NCBI GenBank assembly: GCA_965113315.1
Contig: OZ220371.1
DNA from: Podarcis vaucheri
Taxonomy: Eukaryota
DNA: 64,000 nt
Reading direction: 5' to 3' (one strand)
Part shown: piece by piece, positions 62,004-64,000 of the stretch
Layout of the letters: every line of letters begins with the position of its first letter
Numbering within the stretch: the stretch's first letter is position 1
Position numbers and translations under genes: made by a program
The notes under the pieces: model-generated
The model's input: the letters and a program-made list of their open reading frames with translations, nothing else
Told to the model about the DNA's origin: nothing
Databases searched by the model: none

Positions 62004-62574
62004 TATAAACTCTTGTGGGTCTACAAAACAATGGTGCATGCAAAGACCTTCCCCCATCTATTTCAAAGATGAGTAAAACACTTTGTCCAGCTTCCAAGTG
62101 GACTGATTTCAGTGGCATTGACATGGATGCCAGAGATTTCTCACTTCTGTGAGTAGGGCAGTTTAGGGTGCTTGGGTCAAATGGCAAAGTAACCACTGTG
62201 ACTCACTGCTTCATACACTGTTCCAGTAAGATTTTGAAGCGAAGCAACTGCATGGTTTACTCAGGCTGCTGGCATGGGAAGTAACCAATTGCATCCACCT
62301 TTTTACCAGACTGTAGCATTTACAACTAACATCAAGCATTTCAAAATCCTGAGCTGCCTTCCGTTTGCCATTGGTGGACATCTCTGCCAGAAATAACTTA
62401 ATTTTTGCTTTATTATGCTGTGGCGAATTTTAGAAAGAAATCCTTTTTTAAAAGTTCCTTGGTCATTTAAGTTTAATTTAAACTTCATACGAAAAATGAC
62501 GGTTATAACAGTTGGTGTGTTCAGAGTTGCAGTTTATGTAGAGTTCTTAACACATTTTTTTCTTCCTTTTTTAG

Positions 62575-62603
62575 TCAAAGGTTCATTGAATGAGAGACAC
62601 AAA
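62575..62603 (+). CDS. BOD1L1: BOD1L1 exon 21 (29-nt microexon)
   Basis: Long polypyrimidine tract, TTAG|TC ... AAA|GTAAGT, phase 1-0. Confidence 0.75.
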
Positions 62604-62699
62604 GTAAGTTCAAGATCTTTTAGTGCAATTTGTTTTCCACTTTGATCCTAAAAATGTTTGATTTTTGTGGACCATTGATCCATAAAATGAAAGCAATAA

Positions 62700-63135
62700 T
62701 CAATGTACTGTACTATAAAATAAATAAGACAGTATTGTAGATGAAAAAAATTTAAATTGCAATTTTTTCTTACCTGCACTGATGATAGTCATTGTTTGGA
62801 TGGGGGGCTTTTATTCATTTCCGCAGTCACACAATCAATCAGTAGTTGAACTGGGTTCCACACAGTCACAAAAACAAATTAACCAAAAAAGCCTCAAAAC
62901 TCAAAATAAATAGCAAAAACAAAAGCGCCAAATTTAATCCATTCCGGCAGTGTGTTTGACTTGTTAAATGTTCAAAAACCAAGGCGCAGCTTCTGATTGG
63001 TGCAGGCGCCCCAGAAACAATAGCCGACAGCCGCATTAGATGTTTGGCTTCCGAAAAACGTTTGCAAATCAGAACGCTTCCTTCCGGGTTTTTGGCATTT
63101 GGGAACCAAGGCGTTTGAGTACCAAGGTACCACTG
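62700..63135. mobile_element. Tigger-like element fragment (one terminus)
   Basis: Ends AGGTACCACTG|TA; left boundary uncertain. Confidence 0.6.
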
Positions 63136-63441
63136 TATGCCTTACTATACACATGATCATGGGTAGCAGTCATTCAGCAGTTTGTCATCTATGAGCTTTT
63201 CTAATTCTTAAAAAAACCCAATTAAAAATCCGCATCTTGTTGCATGTTTCCCCTAAGTGACGTGTGTATTTTGTGAACAAGTACATAAGTAGAGTGTGCT
63301 GCAATATGTTCCTCTCCTCTCCGTACTGTCAGTAAATTTATAAGCCCTCTTATGAGTTCCCCTTGTCTTTTTTTTTCTCAGCCAGAAGCCCTGTGTGCTT
63401 TCAATTTCTTTACTGTTTCCCCCTTTACTTCCAACTATTAG

Positions 63442-63526
63442 GAAGCTAAAGAAGGGGAGGCAGAGGTGGCCGTGCGTCGAAGGGGAAGGAAGCCCAAGCG
63501 ACCTCTAATTCCACCAGAGGAAACAG
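63442..63526 (+). CDS. BOD1L1: BOD1L1 exon 22 (RRRGRKPKR); gene continues beyond window
   Basis: ATTAG|GAA ... CAG|GTAAAA, phase 0-1. Confidence 0.85.
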
Positions 63527-64000
63527 GTAAAACATGGAGGTTCTGTTTCTCTTAACTTTTTCTATTGTTTAAGGTGCATGTTAGCTTATACAAATATCAG
63601 TTTTATTATCCTTTATTCATCGAGGGGAAAATCATTGGGTTATGGCTAAAGTAAATATTATGGGGAAATGTGCAAATTGCTGTAATCTCATGTCAGGAAT
63701 GGTACATCCCAGCTGCTTCCCTACAACCTCTTGGGTTTTCTATGAATTCTGGCTGTGAACTAAAGAAGTAAACTATTGTAAATGTTTTTGGAGAGATTTT
63801 AAACAAGTATGCATTAAAATGCTACGGAAATGGAAAATTACTTACTCCACTCACGGGGTCCATTTAGAATTCACCTTCTAAAGTAAGTATCCATATCCCT
63901 TCTGGAGGCTTGGGTGGAAATTTGAGTGTGTTTATAAAATTTTGTAGGGAAGGACACACTTGAGCCAGACAAAAAACGTCAGAAACTAACACTTGCTGTT

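Noticed and set aside
63382-63441. Upstream alternative acceptor for exon 22
   Set aside because: It would read into an in-frame TAG at 63439-63441; no evidence of use.

Overview
Vertebrate (squamate, most likely lacertid lizard, judged from Sauria SINEs plus BovB) genomic DNA. The right 37 kb holds the CpG-island promoter and the first 22 coding exons of BOD1L1 on the + strand. ATG is at 27126; about 2755 codons splice in one open frame, including a 5.6-kb exon 10, a GC-AG intron and AT-hook exons, and the gene runs off the window end. The left 26 kb is repeat-rich and intergenic. It contains a full-length BovB LINE with one nonsense codon, nested with a Sauria SINE inside an L1 tail; a gag-only Gypsy/Mag LTR element; solo LTRs; and many MITEs. 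Most notable: (1) a ~570-bp inverted repeat with no visible TE hallmarks bracketing BOD1L1 exons 2-3 (candidate back-splicing/skipping/dsRNA element); (2) a 119-bp inverted templated copy of sequence from 20 kb upstream between duplicated MITE ends in intron 1; (3) an intronic SDHD retrocopy apparently made from an exon-2-skipped mRNA; (4) a young RTE-X-like LINE inside a hAT MITE. All alignments and counts were done by eye; no searches were run.
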